Under the pieces are notes generated by a model, which ran no database searches, was not told the DNA's origin, and worked only from the letters and a program-made list of their open reading frames with translations. Position numbers and translations under genes: made by a program. Positions 1 through 8,823 of a DNA stretch of 45,855 nucleotides are shown in pieces. Within the stretch, counting starts at the first letter, position 1; every line of letters starts with the position of its first letter. Source of the DNA: a virus; IMG/VR virus record IMGVR_UViG_3300014494_000003; one strand, 5' to 3'.

Positions 1-123
1 ACGCAGGGCGGGTATGCGAGTGACCCGATCCGGTGCTCCGTCGCGATCGTGGAAGCCAACACCTGCCAGGGCATCTACGGCAAGAACTTCCATTTCGAGC
101 AGAACGAGTCGGTGCCGCACCTG
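1..123. repeat. Terminal direct repeat, exact copy of 45733..45855 (circularisation overlap)
   Basis: Both window ends read acgcagggcgggtatgcgag...gtgccgcacctg, 123/123 identical by eye. The repeat lies inside a continuous reading frame. Confidence 0.95.
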
Positions 124-1125
124 AAATTGAACGGGGTCAGCGGCTACGACTTCAGCCAGTTGTCGCACTACTTCATGAACCCCACCGGAAGCCCGCGGAC
201 AGTCCCGGTGGTCATCGACATTGTGAACTCGCACGGGCAGATCCGCGAGAGCACGACCATTGTGAACAACGGCACGGTGACCATCACCGCCCACATTCAC
301 GACTACCTGGCGGGGACGTGGGACGACTACTACCCGAACTACCCCGTTACGGTGACCGGCTTCTACGGCGCCGGATCGGTTGGCTGCTGGTCGCGGCAGA
401 GGGACGTTGCGACCCAGTGGGGCAACCACTACATCGCGGCCAAGCCCCCGGCTGCCGACCTCCCGAACTACTACTTCGGGATGTGGCTGGCCGGCAACGC
501 CTGGATCTTCGGCGACGCCGAAGGGCCAGGACTGGGCAGCAACCTGCGGCGCAAGGCGGACAATACCGGCTTCGAAGCGATCGACAAGAGCAAGCCTTGT
601 TGGGGCGTGATGTGCAACTACCTCAACGACACCATGACGGTGTTCCGCGCTCCTGCCGGCGCGAGCTTCGTGCCGGCGACGATCTTCAAGATTGAAGTCA
701 CCGGCGCCGGCGCGAAAACCTTCGTCGGCGCGATTCCCGGGCAGACCGGCAACGTCTACGAGGTGCGCAACGAAGCGGGTTCCCCGGTGTTCGCCGTCAC
801 CCCGGACAGCCTCACTCACGTGGCGGGGTTCAAGCTGGGGGCCGCGTCGGTCACGGCGGGGACGTTTGCCGTGCCGTCCAACGTGGCCAGCATGCGCTGC
901 GACGCCACGGCGGGCCCGGTCACTCTCAGCCTGCCATCGGCGGCCACGGTGCCGGGGCGAGTGTTGTGGGCCAAGAAAGCCGACGCCAGCGCGAACCACG
1001 TCACGCTTACGCCAGCGGGCGGCGAAACCATCGACGGGGCCGCATCCTACGTGCTGGCGACGCTCTGGAAGTACGTGCAGATTGTCAGCGACGGCACCGC
1101 CTGGATGATTGTCGGGGCGAACTGA
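1..1125 (+). CDS. Tailspike, C-terminal part (same gene as 44836..45855; 1..123 is duplicated sequence)
   Basis: Position 1 is in phase with 44836 through the repeat, and with listed ORF 49..1125. The joined product is 673 aa. The C-terminal region is Gly/Ala/Thr-rich and beta-rich. Confidence 0.75.
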   Translation, partial: TQGGYASDPIRCSVAIVEANTCQGIYGKNFHFEQNESVPHLKLNGVSGYDFSQLSHYFMNPTGSPRTVPVVIDIVNSHGQIRESTTIVNNGTVTITAHIHDYLAGTWDDYYPNYPVTVTGFYGAGSVGCWSRQRDVATQWGNHYIAAKPPAADLPNYYFGMWLAGNAWIFGDAEGPGLGSNLRRKADNTGFEAIDKSKPCWGVMCNYLNDTMTVFRAPAGASFVPATIFKIEVTGAGAKTFVGAIPGQTGNVYEVRNEAGSPVFAVTPDSLTHVAGFKLGAASVTAGTFAVPSNVASMRCDATAGPVTLSLPSAATVPGRVLWAKKADASANHVTLTPAGGETIDGAASYVLATLWKYVQIVSDGTAWMIVGAN

Positions 1126-1131
1126 GGGGCC

Positions 1132-1944
1132 ATGAAACTGGAGGATCTGCGCCAGCTCGCGTACCTGGACCTGGACGAAGATCCGGCCAGCCCGAGGTAC
1201 TACACGGACGCCGAGGTCCGCGACGCGCTCAATGAGGCGGAGCGGTTCTTCTGCCTGCTGACGCTCTGCCTGGAGACGACCCGGCCTTTCGCGCTGACGC
1301 CTGGCGTGCGGTTCTACCCGCTGCTGCGCGAGTGGCACGACTGGATTGCGCCGCTGCGCGTGCGCTTGTCGAGCGACGTGGCGGAAGGGATCACCGCGCT
1401 CGACGACGGCGTCACCGCCGACACGGCCATGCCGAACGAGCAGGCGCATCCGGGCCTGGTCGCTTCAGCGACGCCAAAACTAGCCCCCTCGACCATGAGC
1501 GAGATGTGGGGTCTCAATTCCGACTGGCTGACCGCCACGGGCTACCCTGAGCGCTACGGATGTCTGGGCTTCGATCTGCTGTTTCTCGACAAGGTGGCGA
1601 CGTTGGGCGGCGTCAAGCTGCTGATCACCTACGCGCGGTCGCCGCGGCCGATGGTGCTGGACACCGACGCGCCCGAAATCCTCGAGGCCGACCATCACGC
1701 GCTGGTGGATGGCGCGGTCTCGCTGCTGCGGATGAAGGAAGGCGGCGACGAGCTGGCTGGCGCCATGGCCGGACTCGGCCGCTACCTACAGGTGGCCGCG
1801 AAGCGTGCGGCCCAGGTGCGGGGCCGCAGCCTGGCGCAACGCTACGACAAGCTCCCGCTGGAGCTGGAACGCTACGACTTCTCGCGGCTGCTCAAGATCC
1901 GGCCCGACCTGGCGCCGCATCGCAAGGGGGTTCCGAATGGTTGA
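1132..1944 (+). CDS. Hypothetical virion protein (adaptor or tail-associated by position)
   Basis: ATG preceded by gagggg. Third codon positions are G/C-rich. It lies between the tailspike and the large tail protein. The N-terminus (YYTDAEVRDALNEAERFF) resembles the N-termini of 1937..2551 and 43979..44839. Confidence 0.6.
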   Translation: MKLEDLRQLAYLDLDEDPASPRYYTDAEVRDALNEAERFFCLLTLCLETTRPFALTPGVRFYPLLREWHDWIAPLRVRLSSDVAEGITALDDGVTADTAMPNEQAHPGLVASATPKLAPSTMSEMWGLNSDWLTATGYPERYGCLGFDLLFLDKVATLGGVKLLITYARSPRPMVLDTDAPEILEADHHALVDGAVSLLRMKEGGDELAGAMAGLGRYLQVAAKRAAQVRGRSLAQRYDKLPLELERYDFSRLLKIRPDLAPHRKGVPNG

Positions 1945-2551
1945 CCTCAGCCTGTGGCTCCCTGCTCTGTGCGCCCGGCTCAACGCCGCCGGCGTGGCCG
2001 ACCTGGTCTTCTGGACCGAAGCGGAGCTGTACCAGCGCGCCACGGGGGCGCTGCACTCGCTGGCGCGGGAGAGCAATCTGTTCTGCGAAGCCTGCCCGCC
2101 GATCACGTCGGCTGAACCTTTGGTGCCGATCCCGGCTGAGCACCTGGCGCTGTTTCTGGTGGCGCGCGACGGAACCGTGCTGACTCCGGCCAGCGTGGCG
2201 GAACTCGAGGCTCTGGATTCCGACTGGGAAGAGACGGCCGTCTCCGGAGGCGGCAGCGTCACGCACTGGGTGGGCGACTACCTGGGGCTGCGCTTCCTGC
2301 GCTTCTACCCCATCCCGGCGACCTCCGCTGACGTGCTGCTGGTGCGCGCGTGTCTGCCCTCGATCCCCACCGCCAAGTCGGCGGGCGTGGCGATTCCCGC
2401 GCCCTTCGCCGACTACCTGGCGCTGGCGACGCTGCGGGACGCCAGGGCGAAGCAGGGCGACGCGCGGATGCCCGAGGTCGCGCAGCACATCGACCAACGC
2501 CTGAAGCTCTACGACCAGGTGGTGCAGGCGTATTGGGGGGGCGGGTACTGA
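1937..2551 (+). CDS. Hypothetical virion protein, 204 aa
   Basis: Internal ATG of listed ORF 1805..2551, overlapping the upstream stop by 8 nt. Its size and position just before an 828-aa protein recall the small/large tail-tubular pair of T7-like phages. This is inference only. Confidence 0.55.
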   Translation: MVDLSLWLPALCARLNAAGVADLVFWTEAELYQRATGALHSLARESNLFCEACPPITSAEPLVPIPAEHLALFLVARDGTVLTPASVAELEALDSDWEETAVSGGGSVTHWVGDYLGLRFLRFYPIPATSADVLLVRACLPSIPTAKSAGVAIPAPFADYLALATLRDARAKQGDARMPEVAQHIDQRLKLYDQVVQAYWGGGY

Positions 2552-5037
2552 TGCAGACCCAGAGCGAACAGCTTTTGGCGGGCAGCCTCAACCTGCTGCC
2601 TCCCGCCGACCAGATCCCCGACCAGGACGCCATCGCGCTCCAGAACTGGCGCGCCGACCAGGCCGGGGCGCTGCGCTCCCGCAAGGGGAGTGCCGCCGTG
2701 CTGTTCAGCGTGGCCGAGACCGTGCGCGCCATCTTCAAGGCGGCCGGCGCGACAGTGCGGCGCTACTACGCCGCGGGCTCGATGATGTACCGGAACTCGT
2801 CCGCGATCGCGGCGGGGCTGGAGCTGCACCCTCCCAGCATCGCCAGCATGAACGGCTGGGCCTGGATCATGAACCGGGGCCGGCAGATCAAAGACGACGG
2901 GACGCACACCTACGCCTGGACGCCGGCAGCTCCGGATGCCGCGCCGACTGACAGCACCGCAAGCGGCGGATTGCTTAACGGCGACGTGAGTTACTGGGTT
3001 ACCTGGGACACCGACGCGGAGCACGAATCGAACCCCTCGCCCGAGTTGGCGCTCACCGCCCTAGTGAATCAGAAGGTCACCATCACCCGGCCTTCGGCAG
3101 TGCCCGACGCGCAGGTTACCACCTGGAACCTGTACCGCATGGACGACGTACTGCCCGAACCGTACAAGGTGAATTCGGCGCCGATTCCGCTGGCGACGAC
3201 GACGTTCCTGGACGATGGGGCAACCGGCACGCTCTCCGCCGCCGACCTGGCGGGGCGCGGCGAGGTGTTGAGCTTCGACCACGATCCGGCGCCAATGGCG
3301 CGCGGCTGCTGCCAGTTCCAGAGCAAGATGCTGGCCTGGTCCACGGCGGAACATCCCAACCGGCTGTATTGGTCGATGACCGAGAAGCCCTGGTGTTTCC
3401 CCGGCTCGGCCGACGAAGAAGAGGGCAACTGGACGCCGGTAGGTGAAGAGGATGAGGAGTTAGTAACGGTCGCCGACTTCCCCAAGTTGGCCATCCTGCT
3501 CAAGGAGCGGTCCATTTACCGTATGGTGGGCGATCCCGACGAAAGCTGGTCTGAGATCGACCGCATCGCCCCCGACATCGGCCTGGTGGGTGAGAAGGCC
3601 TGGTGTCATGCCGGCGGGCGCGTTTACCTGCAAGGCGGCGAAGGCATCTACCGCGTCGACGGCGAGACCTGCGTCAAGGTCTCGCCCCAGCTCGACCCGA
3701 TCTTCAAGGGCGACGCGCTCTGGTTGGGCGCGCTGCCCGCGCTGCCCATCAACCCGGATCCGGTTATTCGGGCGCTTTCGTCGATGGAGTACATCAATGG
3801 GCGGGTGTATTACTCCTACGCCGACAGCTCGGCCACGCTGCCGAACACGACGCTGGTGTTCGACGAAGCCGGCAACCGCTGGTATTCGGATTCCCGCGCC
3901 TTCGACGCCCTCTACTACGAAGGCCAGGGCGGGCTGCTGCTGGGGGCCATCCGGGGCTCAGTCTTCCCGCTGGAGTCGGGGCTCACCGACAACGGCCTGG
4001 CCATCGACCTGGTCTACCAGTCGCGCTACTACAACCAGCAGGCGCCCAACAACGACAAGACCTACGTCGATCTGACCATCGAGCACAACACGGGCGGGCG
4101 CGTGCTCACCGTGCTGGCCTACCTCGACAACGGCAGCCGCGTCGTCAACCTGGGCACGATTTCGTCCTTGGTCCGCACGTCTACGCCGTTCCGCTTTAAT
4201 GAGGGCGACGGCGAGACGGCTCGGAACGTCTCGATCCGGCTCATCAGCAGCGGCACCGGCAGCATTGACGCCGAGATTTTCGGGATCGGTTTGCAGTATT
4301 ATGTGAACCCCCCTGACGGGCTGACCTGGGACTCCGGCAAGGTGACGCTAGACCCGCTCAAGGTGCAGCAGGTGGACTGCGTCGCCTTCGACGTGGAGGC
4401 GACGGCGGGCGCGGAGCTCGACTGGAAGGTCAGTACAGACCTCCCGGGCGACGAGCTGCAAGTGCGGGACAGTGGCAGCACCGGAGAGGACGGCACGGCC
4501 ACCATCCGGCGTTTCACGATGCCCCTGTTGGCGGTACGCGAGGCGCGCTGGCTGCGCGCGGTGCTGACCTCGGCGAAGCCCTTTCAGATTCGCGGCGCCT
4601 ACATCCACGCCCGCACGATTGGGGTCTACCTGGCCGGGACCCAGGACGTCTATCGCAGCGATCAGCTCACGCTCGGCACGGCGATGCTCAAGCTGTGGCG
4701 CGAGATGCGGGTGTACTGCGACACCGATGGCACGCTGACCGGGACGTTCCTCACGGATCTGCCCGCCGAGAGGATGGACGCGCGAGCCTCCGGCCCCCTC
4801 GACACCACGGTTACGACTCCGGGGGCGCGGTGGATGCGGTTGCGGTTCGACGGCTCGACGCGCGGCCGCGCGGGTGAGGTGCAGCTCCGCGCCAGCGCTC
4901 CCGCCCGGATCTACGCCCTGCAGGTGCGCGCCAAGGTGCTGGGGGCGGGCCTGACGGGCTGGCAGTGGGTGGACGTGCCCCTCGCGGAGACTTCGCCGGC
5001 GTTTCAATGGGTGGCGCTCGGGGGAGGCTCTCAGTGA
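2551..5037 (+). CDS. Large tail structural protein, 828 aa (possible nozzle / tail-tubular-B analogue)
   Basis: ATG 2551 overlaps the upstream TGA (ctgATG). The frame is long and clean with G/C-rich third positions. Assignment is by position in the tail module; no diagnostic motif was recognised. Confidence 0.6.
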   Translation: MQTQSEQLLAGSLNLLPPADQIPDQDAIALQNWRADQAGALRSRKGSAAVLFSVAETVRAIFKAAGATVRRYYAAGSMMYRNSSAIAAGLELHPPSIASMNGWAWIMNRGRQIKDDGTHTYAWTPAAPDAAPTDSTASGGLLNGDVSYWVTWDTDAEHESNPSPELALTALVNQKVTITRPSAVPDAQVTTWNLYRMDDVLPEPYKVNSAPIPLATTTFLDDGATGTLSAADLAGRGEVLSFDHDPAPMARGCCQFQSKMLAWSTAEHPNRLYWSMTEKPWCFPGSADEEEGNWTPVGEEDEELVTVADFPKLAILLKERSIYRMVGDPDESWSEIDRIAPDIGLVGEKAWCHAGGRVYLQGGEGIYRVDGETCVKVSPQLDPIFKGDALWLGALPALPINPDPVIRALSSMEYINGRVYYSYADSSATLPNTTLVFDEAGNRWYSDSRAFDALYYEGQGGLLLGAIRGSVFPLESGLTDNGLAIDLVYQSRYYNQQAPNNDKTYVDLTIEHNTGGRVLTVLAYLDNGSRVVNLGTISSLVRTSTPFRFNEGDGETARNVSIRLISSGTGSIDAEIFGIGLQYYVNPPDGLTWDSGKVTLDPLKVQQVDCVAFDVEATAGAELDWKVSTDLPGDELQVRDSGSTGEDGTATIRRFTMPLLAVREARWLRAVLTSAKPFQIRGAYIHARTIGVYLAGTQDVYRSDQLTLGTAMLKLWREMRVYCDTDGTLTGTFLTDLPAERMDARASGPLDTTVTTPGARWMRLRFDGSTRGRAGEVQLRASAPARIYALQVRAKVLGAGLTGWQWVDVPLAETSPAFQWVALGGGSQ

Positions 5038-6398
5038 ACAAGCAGACGCTTGTGGAGCTGCCTGCCGGCACGCTGCCGGATGAGGCCCTGGCGGTGGTCA
5101 ACGACCGCATGCGCCGCGTCGGTGGACGCCTGGCCGAACACGCCACAGCCTTCGACGATCTGCCCGTGATTCTCAGCGGAACGCACTTCGAGCGGATCAA
5201 CCTGCACCAGGCGAAGAAGTACCCGGTCGATTCGACCTTTTGGGAGACGGATCGCAGCTCGCAGTACGTGCTGCGGATGTACGGCGCCATCAAGGCCTGG
5301 TTCTACGAAGAGGGCCTTGCCCGCGGGCTGCGCGCGGAACGCTACACGGACCTGAGCGCCCTGGACACAGATTTCCGCTTCTACGCGAAGGACAACTACG
5401 TCACCTACCGTTGGACGGGCTCGGCCTGGGAACCAATGCCAATGGTCGGCGTGATCGCGGTGGACACGCACGCCAACCGCCTGGCGAAGTATCCCGCCAC
5501 GGACTACCCAGTGGCTTCCCACTTCCGCGAGAGCGATCGCGGCGCGCTGTACCGCAACACGGGCTCGGCGTGGGTCTACGAGAGCGGGATCATGCGCACC
5601 GCGACCATTGCGGACAAGCCCACCGGCCTGGGGGCCAACGATGTGGGCTTCCTGTGGTTCACCGCCGACTACAAGCACACCTGGCGCTGGCTGGGCAGTG
5701 CGTGGACGTATGAGGACGATCCCAGCGGCGTGTTCCTGTACACCGACTCCGATCCTGGAGCGGGCTATCACCTGTGCGATGGCTCGACGGTCACGCGCAC
5801 CAGGAGCGACGCCACGACGGCCAGCGTCACGCTGCCGGATGAGACGGCCGGCTCGCTCCGCAAGGGCGCAGGGGCCTACAGCGGGACGGTGAATGCGGCC
5901 GTGGCGGCGAGCCTTACCGGCGCCCCTGGCGCGGCCTCCGCTGGGACGCCAGCGGGAACGGTCTCGCAGCCTTCGCTCACCTTGGATTCGTACACGCCGG
6001 CGGGGACGGTCTCGGCTCCGACGTTCACTGGAACGGCTCTGGGAACCCACGTCCACGAATTGCCGATGGACATCTCCAGCACTACCGTGGCCAGGTTCAT
6101 CGTTGGCTCCCCGTTCGCATCGTCCGGGTCGTCTCACATGGCCAACAGCAAGGTGACGACGACGCCCGACTCCACGAGCGCCTGGACGATCCAGAGCGGT
6201 CCAACGGCTGCCGGGACTCCAGCAGGCTCGGTGTCGGCTCCGTCCTTCACGGGGACGGGGGCCGTGCCAACGGGCACGGTTTCGCAGCCGACGTTCAGCG
6301 GTACCGCGATGGCGGATCACACCCACAGCGCCGGGACGCTGGCAGTGTCGGGGGGCTCGGAGGCGAATTTGGAGGTTTTGCCGTACTTCCGCTTGTGA
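5034..6398 (+). CDS. Tail fibre protein
   Basis: GTG 5034 overlaps the upstream stop (GTGA); ATG 5007 is an alternative. It has three Trp-containing repeats (YRWTGSAWEPM, YRNTGSAWVYES, WRWLGSAWTYED). The C-terminus has repeated P(A/T)G(T/S)VSxP(S/T)F(T/S)GT units ending in HVHEL and HTHSAG, which are HxH motifs typical of fibre tips. Confidence 0.7.
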   Translation: MNKQTLVELPAGTLPDEALAVVNDRMRRVGGRLAEHATAFDDLPVILSGTHFERINLHQAKKYPVDSTFWETDRSSQYVLRMYGAIKAWFYEEGLARGLRAERYTDLSALDTDFRFYAKDNYVTYRWTGSAWEPMPMVGVIAVDTHANRLAKYPATDYPVASHFRESDRGALYRNTGSAWVYESGIMRTATIADKPTGLGANDVGFLWFTADYKHTWRWLGSAWTYEDDPSGVFLYTDSDPGAGYHLCDGSTVTRTRSDATTASVTLPDETAGSLRKGAGAYSGTVNAAVAASLTGAPGAASAGTPAGTVSQPSLTLDSYTPAGTVSAPTFTGTALGTHVHELPMDISSTTVARFIVGSPFASSGSSHMANSKVTTTPDSTSAWTIQSGPTAAGTPAGSVSAPSFTGTGAVPTGTVSQPTFSGTAMADHTHSAGTLAVSGGSEANLEVLPYFRL

Positions 6399-6431
6399 GG
6401 GGGCTGTTGCCGATTGAAGGAAGAGGGGGAT

Positions 6432-6938
6432 ATGGGGATCACGGTCGCATCGCCGTTTCCGGCTTGGGCGCTGCCCCAAGTGTGGGCCTGGATCGAGTCG
6501 TTCCGAGACCGCGTGTGTGACGACTACGCCCCGAAGTCCCTGGATGAATTCCTGGCGGAGTGGGAACAACGGCAGCCACGGGAGCGGAGCTGGGCGGTCT
6601 ACGAAGAAGACGAGATCGGCGGCGTGATCGCCGTGCAGACCGTCAACCCGGATGCGGCGCTGTGCCGCTGCTACTTCAAGCGGGCGGCCTGGTCGACGGC
6701 GGTGGTCGTGCCGGCGCTGCGGGCGGTCTACGCCGAGGTATTCCAGGGCTCCACGGTCAAGATCAGCCTGCCGGTGTTCGAGGACAACTGGGATTTGCGG
6801 CGGCTGGCGCTGAACGCCGGCGCCGTCGAGGAGACGCCGAAGCATCGGCCTTTGCGCGACGCGACCAGGCGCGACGGGAAGTTGATCGGGGTTCGGATTC
6901 TATCGGTTTTCAAGGGGGTGAGCCATGGGGTTGCTTGA
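6432..6938 (+). CDS. GNAT-like acetyltransferase-fold protein (degenerate)
   Basis: ATG 6432 follows gaaggaagaggggga. The pattern WAVYEEDEIGGVIAVQ...ALRAVYAEVF...VKISLPVFEDNWDLRRLALNAGAVEE...RDGKLIGVRILSV matches the strand/helix layout of RimJ/L-type GNATs. The Q/RxxGxG/A loop is not obvious. Confidence 0.45.
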   Translation: MGITVASPFPAWALPQVWAWIESFRDRVCDDYAPKSLDEFLAEWEQRQPRERSWAVYEEDEIGGVIAVQTVNPDAALCRCYFKRAAWSTAVVVPALRAVYAEVFQGSTVKISLPVFEDNWDLRRLALNAGAVEETPKHRPLRDATRRDGKLIGVRILSVFKGVSHGVA

Positions 6939-7569
6939 CACGTTGGGTTCGATCGGGGGGGCGATAGCGGCTCCTTTCACGGGGGGTCTGAGCTCCCTCT
7001 TGATGCCCGCGCTGGGTGCGGTGGCCGGCGGGTTGAATAACCGCAGCACCTTGTCGGCCGGGCAGAAGGCGGTCTCCGGCTCGCTGGAGGACCAGCTCAA
7101 CTCGATCATGACCGACCCGAGCGCCGGGACGAATCCCATGCGCGTCGCCGGGCGGGCGCAGATCAATAGCCTGTACGCGGGCGCGCCGGACCAGATCGCG
7201 CGCCAGATGTACGCCCGCGGCTTCGGGGCCAGCGGCAAGGAGGGCAAGGCGGTGATTCAGTCCGACATGGCGCGGCGCGGCCAGATGTCGAACCTGGAAT
7301 CGCAGCTCGCCGAGTACGCCCTGCAACGCCAGCTCGCGGCGATGAAGATCGCGCAGGGGTACGTCGAAAGGCCGGTGGGCGGGAACGTCGCCGGCGGCGC
7401 GATCTCGGGGGGACTCCAGACTCTCATGGCGATGATGACGGCCAAGGGCGGGGCCGGCGGCGGGGGCGGCGGGCTGACGGTGAACAACCTGCCGACCTGG
7501 AACGGAAGCGCTGGGGGGCTGACGCCTTACCAGCTCTCCCCTGGCTACGGCGTGGACTACGGGGGGTAA
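6925..7569 (+). CDS. Gly-rich internal virion protein (candidate)
   Basis: ATG 6925 overlaps the upstream gene by 14 nt. The protein has Gly/Ala-rich hydrophobic ends and a G6 run. Assignment is by position ahead of the giant ORF. Confidence 0.5.
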   Translation: MGLLDTLGSIGGAIAAPFTGGLSSLLMPALGAVAGGLNNRSTLSAGQKAVSGSLEDQLNSIMTDPSAGTNPMRVAGRAQINSLYAGAPDQIARQMYARGFGASGKEGKAVIQSDMARRGQMSNLESQLAEYALQRQLAAMKIAQGYVERPVGGNVAGGAISGGLQTLMAMMTAKGGAGGGGGGLTVNNLPTWNGSAGGLTPYQLSPGYGVDYGG

Positions 7570-7575
7570 ACCAAC

Positions 7576-8823
7576 ATGCCAACGAACAACCCGATCATCG
7601 ACGGGATCATGGACGGGCTCCTGATCCGCGAGCACATGGCGAAGATGACGCAGGACCAGGGCGACTACGAACACCGCATGGCGGCGGACCAGCGCGCGCA
7701 GCAGGAGTTTGAGAACAACATCGTCCAGCAGCGATGGCAGCACCAGCACCAGCAGACTCAGGACCAGCTTCAGGACATCAACACGCGCCTGGCGCTGGGC
7801 ACGAACCCGGGCCTGATCCAGGTGCAGCCAGGCGAGGACACGCGCACGGTGCAGTTGCCGCTCGACGAGACGATGCAGAAGGCCTACGGCGGCATCCCTG
7901 CGCTTTCGATGAGCGTGCCGATCGACAACACCGTCGAGTATGGCGGCCGGCGCTACGCCATGCGCAGCGCGGAGGAACTCGAAGCCGACAAGATGCGCGA
8001 TCTGAACGCGACCAGCGCGCTGAAGCTGAAAGACACACTGGCGGCGAAGAGCCTGGAGCAACAGATGAACCAGGTGTATGTGCCGGGCATCGGCTACGTG
8101 GACAAGAGCGTCGCTCCGAGCTTCATCAACTCGGCGTCGCGGGAGAAGGAGGGCGCGGCGAACCGAACCAACGCCGTCACGGTCGCCAACATCCGCGGCT
8201 CGGCGACGCGCGACACAGCGGCGCGCCGCGACCAGTTGACCCCCAGCGGGGTCGAGTCTGTCCAATCCAACATCCGTAGGGATTTGGCCGCTCAAGAGCG
8301 GGCCGAAGCGCCGCTGGAGCAACTGCGCCAGCGGATCAAAGCCAAGGGGGATGGTAAAGCACTCAACTACACGACCTTCGATAGAGACGGCCTTCCGGCT
8401 ACTGTCAGTCTCACGTCAGAGGAGGCCACACAACGGCTCGGGGAAGTGGAGAACTCGCTGGCCGGGATTCGCAAGAAGAAGGCGCAGATCTACCAGCGCA
8501 TGCTGAACCACGGCTTCATCACTAGCGACGACTACGAGCGCATGGTCGGCGATTTGGGTCTGCCACCCGAACAGAAGACGCCCTCGCCGGCTCCCCAGTC
8601 GCACGCGCCCACAGCCGCTCCCACGCCGGCGCCGACGCCTGCGCCGAAACCGGCGGCAGCTCCGGCGGCCAATCGCCCCGCCAGCGCCGCCTCAACCGCG
8701 AGGCCGCCGCAGGCTGCGCTCGACGCCATTCCGCCCGGGCAGACGGCGACGTTCCGCAATGGCCAGGTGTGGACGAAGAACGCCGCTGGCCAGGTTACCC
8801 AGATCCAACCGCAGGCCCAGTGA
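7576..8823 (+). CDS. Gln-rich coiled-coil internal virion / ejection protein (candidate)
   Basis: ATG 7576. The protein has a QQ/HQ-rich helical N-terminal half and a Pro/Ala-rich tail. Its stop overlaps the start of the giant ORF. Confidence 0.5.
   Translation: MPTNNPIIDGIMDGLLIREHMAKMTQDQGDYEHRMAADQRAQQEFENNIVQQRWQHQHQQTQDQLQDINTRLALGTNPGLIQVQPGEDTRTVQLPLDETMQKAYGGIPALSMSVPIDNTVEYGGRRYAMRSAEELEADKMRDLNATSALKLKDTLAAKSLEQQMNQVYVPGIGYVDKSVAPSFINSASREKEGAANRTNAVTVANIRGSATRDTAARRDQLTPSGVESVQSNIRRDLAAQERAEAPLEQLRQRIKAKGDGKALNYTTFDRDGLPATVSLTSEEATQRLGEVENSLAGIRKKKAQIYQRMLNHGFITSDDYERMVGDLGLPPEQKTPSPAPQSHAPTAAPTPAPTPAPKPAAAPAANRPASAASTARPPQAALDAIPPGQTATFRNGQVWTKNAAGQVTQIQPQAQ

Noticed and set aside
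1-123. The terminal repeat as a physical direct terminal repeat or as LTR-like element ends.
   Set aside because: It lies in-frame in the middle of a tailspike gene and is short. The simplest reading is an assembly overlap of a circular or permuted genome. Only read data can settle this.
5880-6320. The repeated PAGTVS...FTGT coding repeats in the fibre as a diversity-generating retroelement template/variable pair.
   Set aside because: There is no reverse transcriptase gene in the complete genome. The repeats differ at all base types, not specifically at adenines.
5031-6845. 604-aa minus-strand ORF. Similar long antisense ORFs lie at 6910..8322, 10182..12134, 21732..22949, 31107..32825 and 34006..36087.
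   Set aside because: They are Arg/Pro/His/Gly-rich low-complexity translations antisense to genes with recognisable motifs (fibre, giant ORF, nuclease, TerL, portal). Stop-poor shadow frames are expected in GC-rich DNA.
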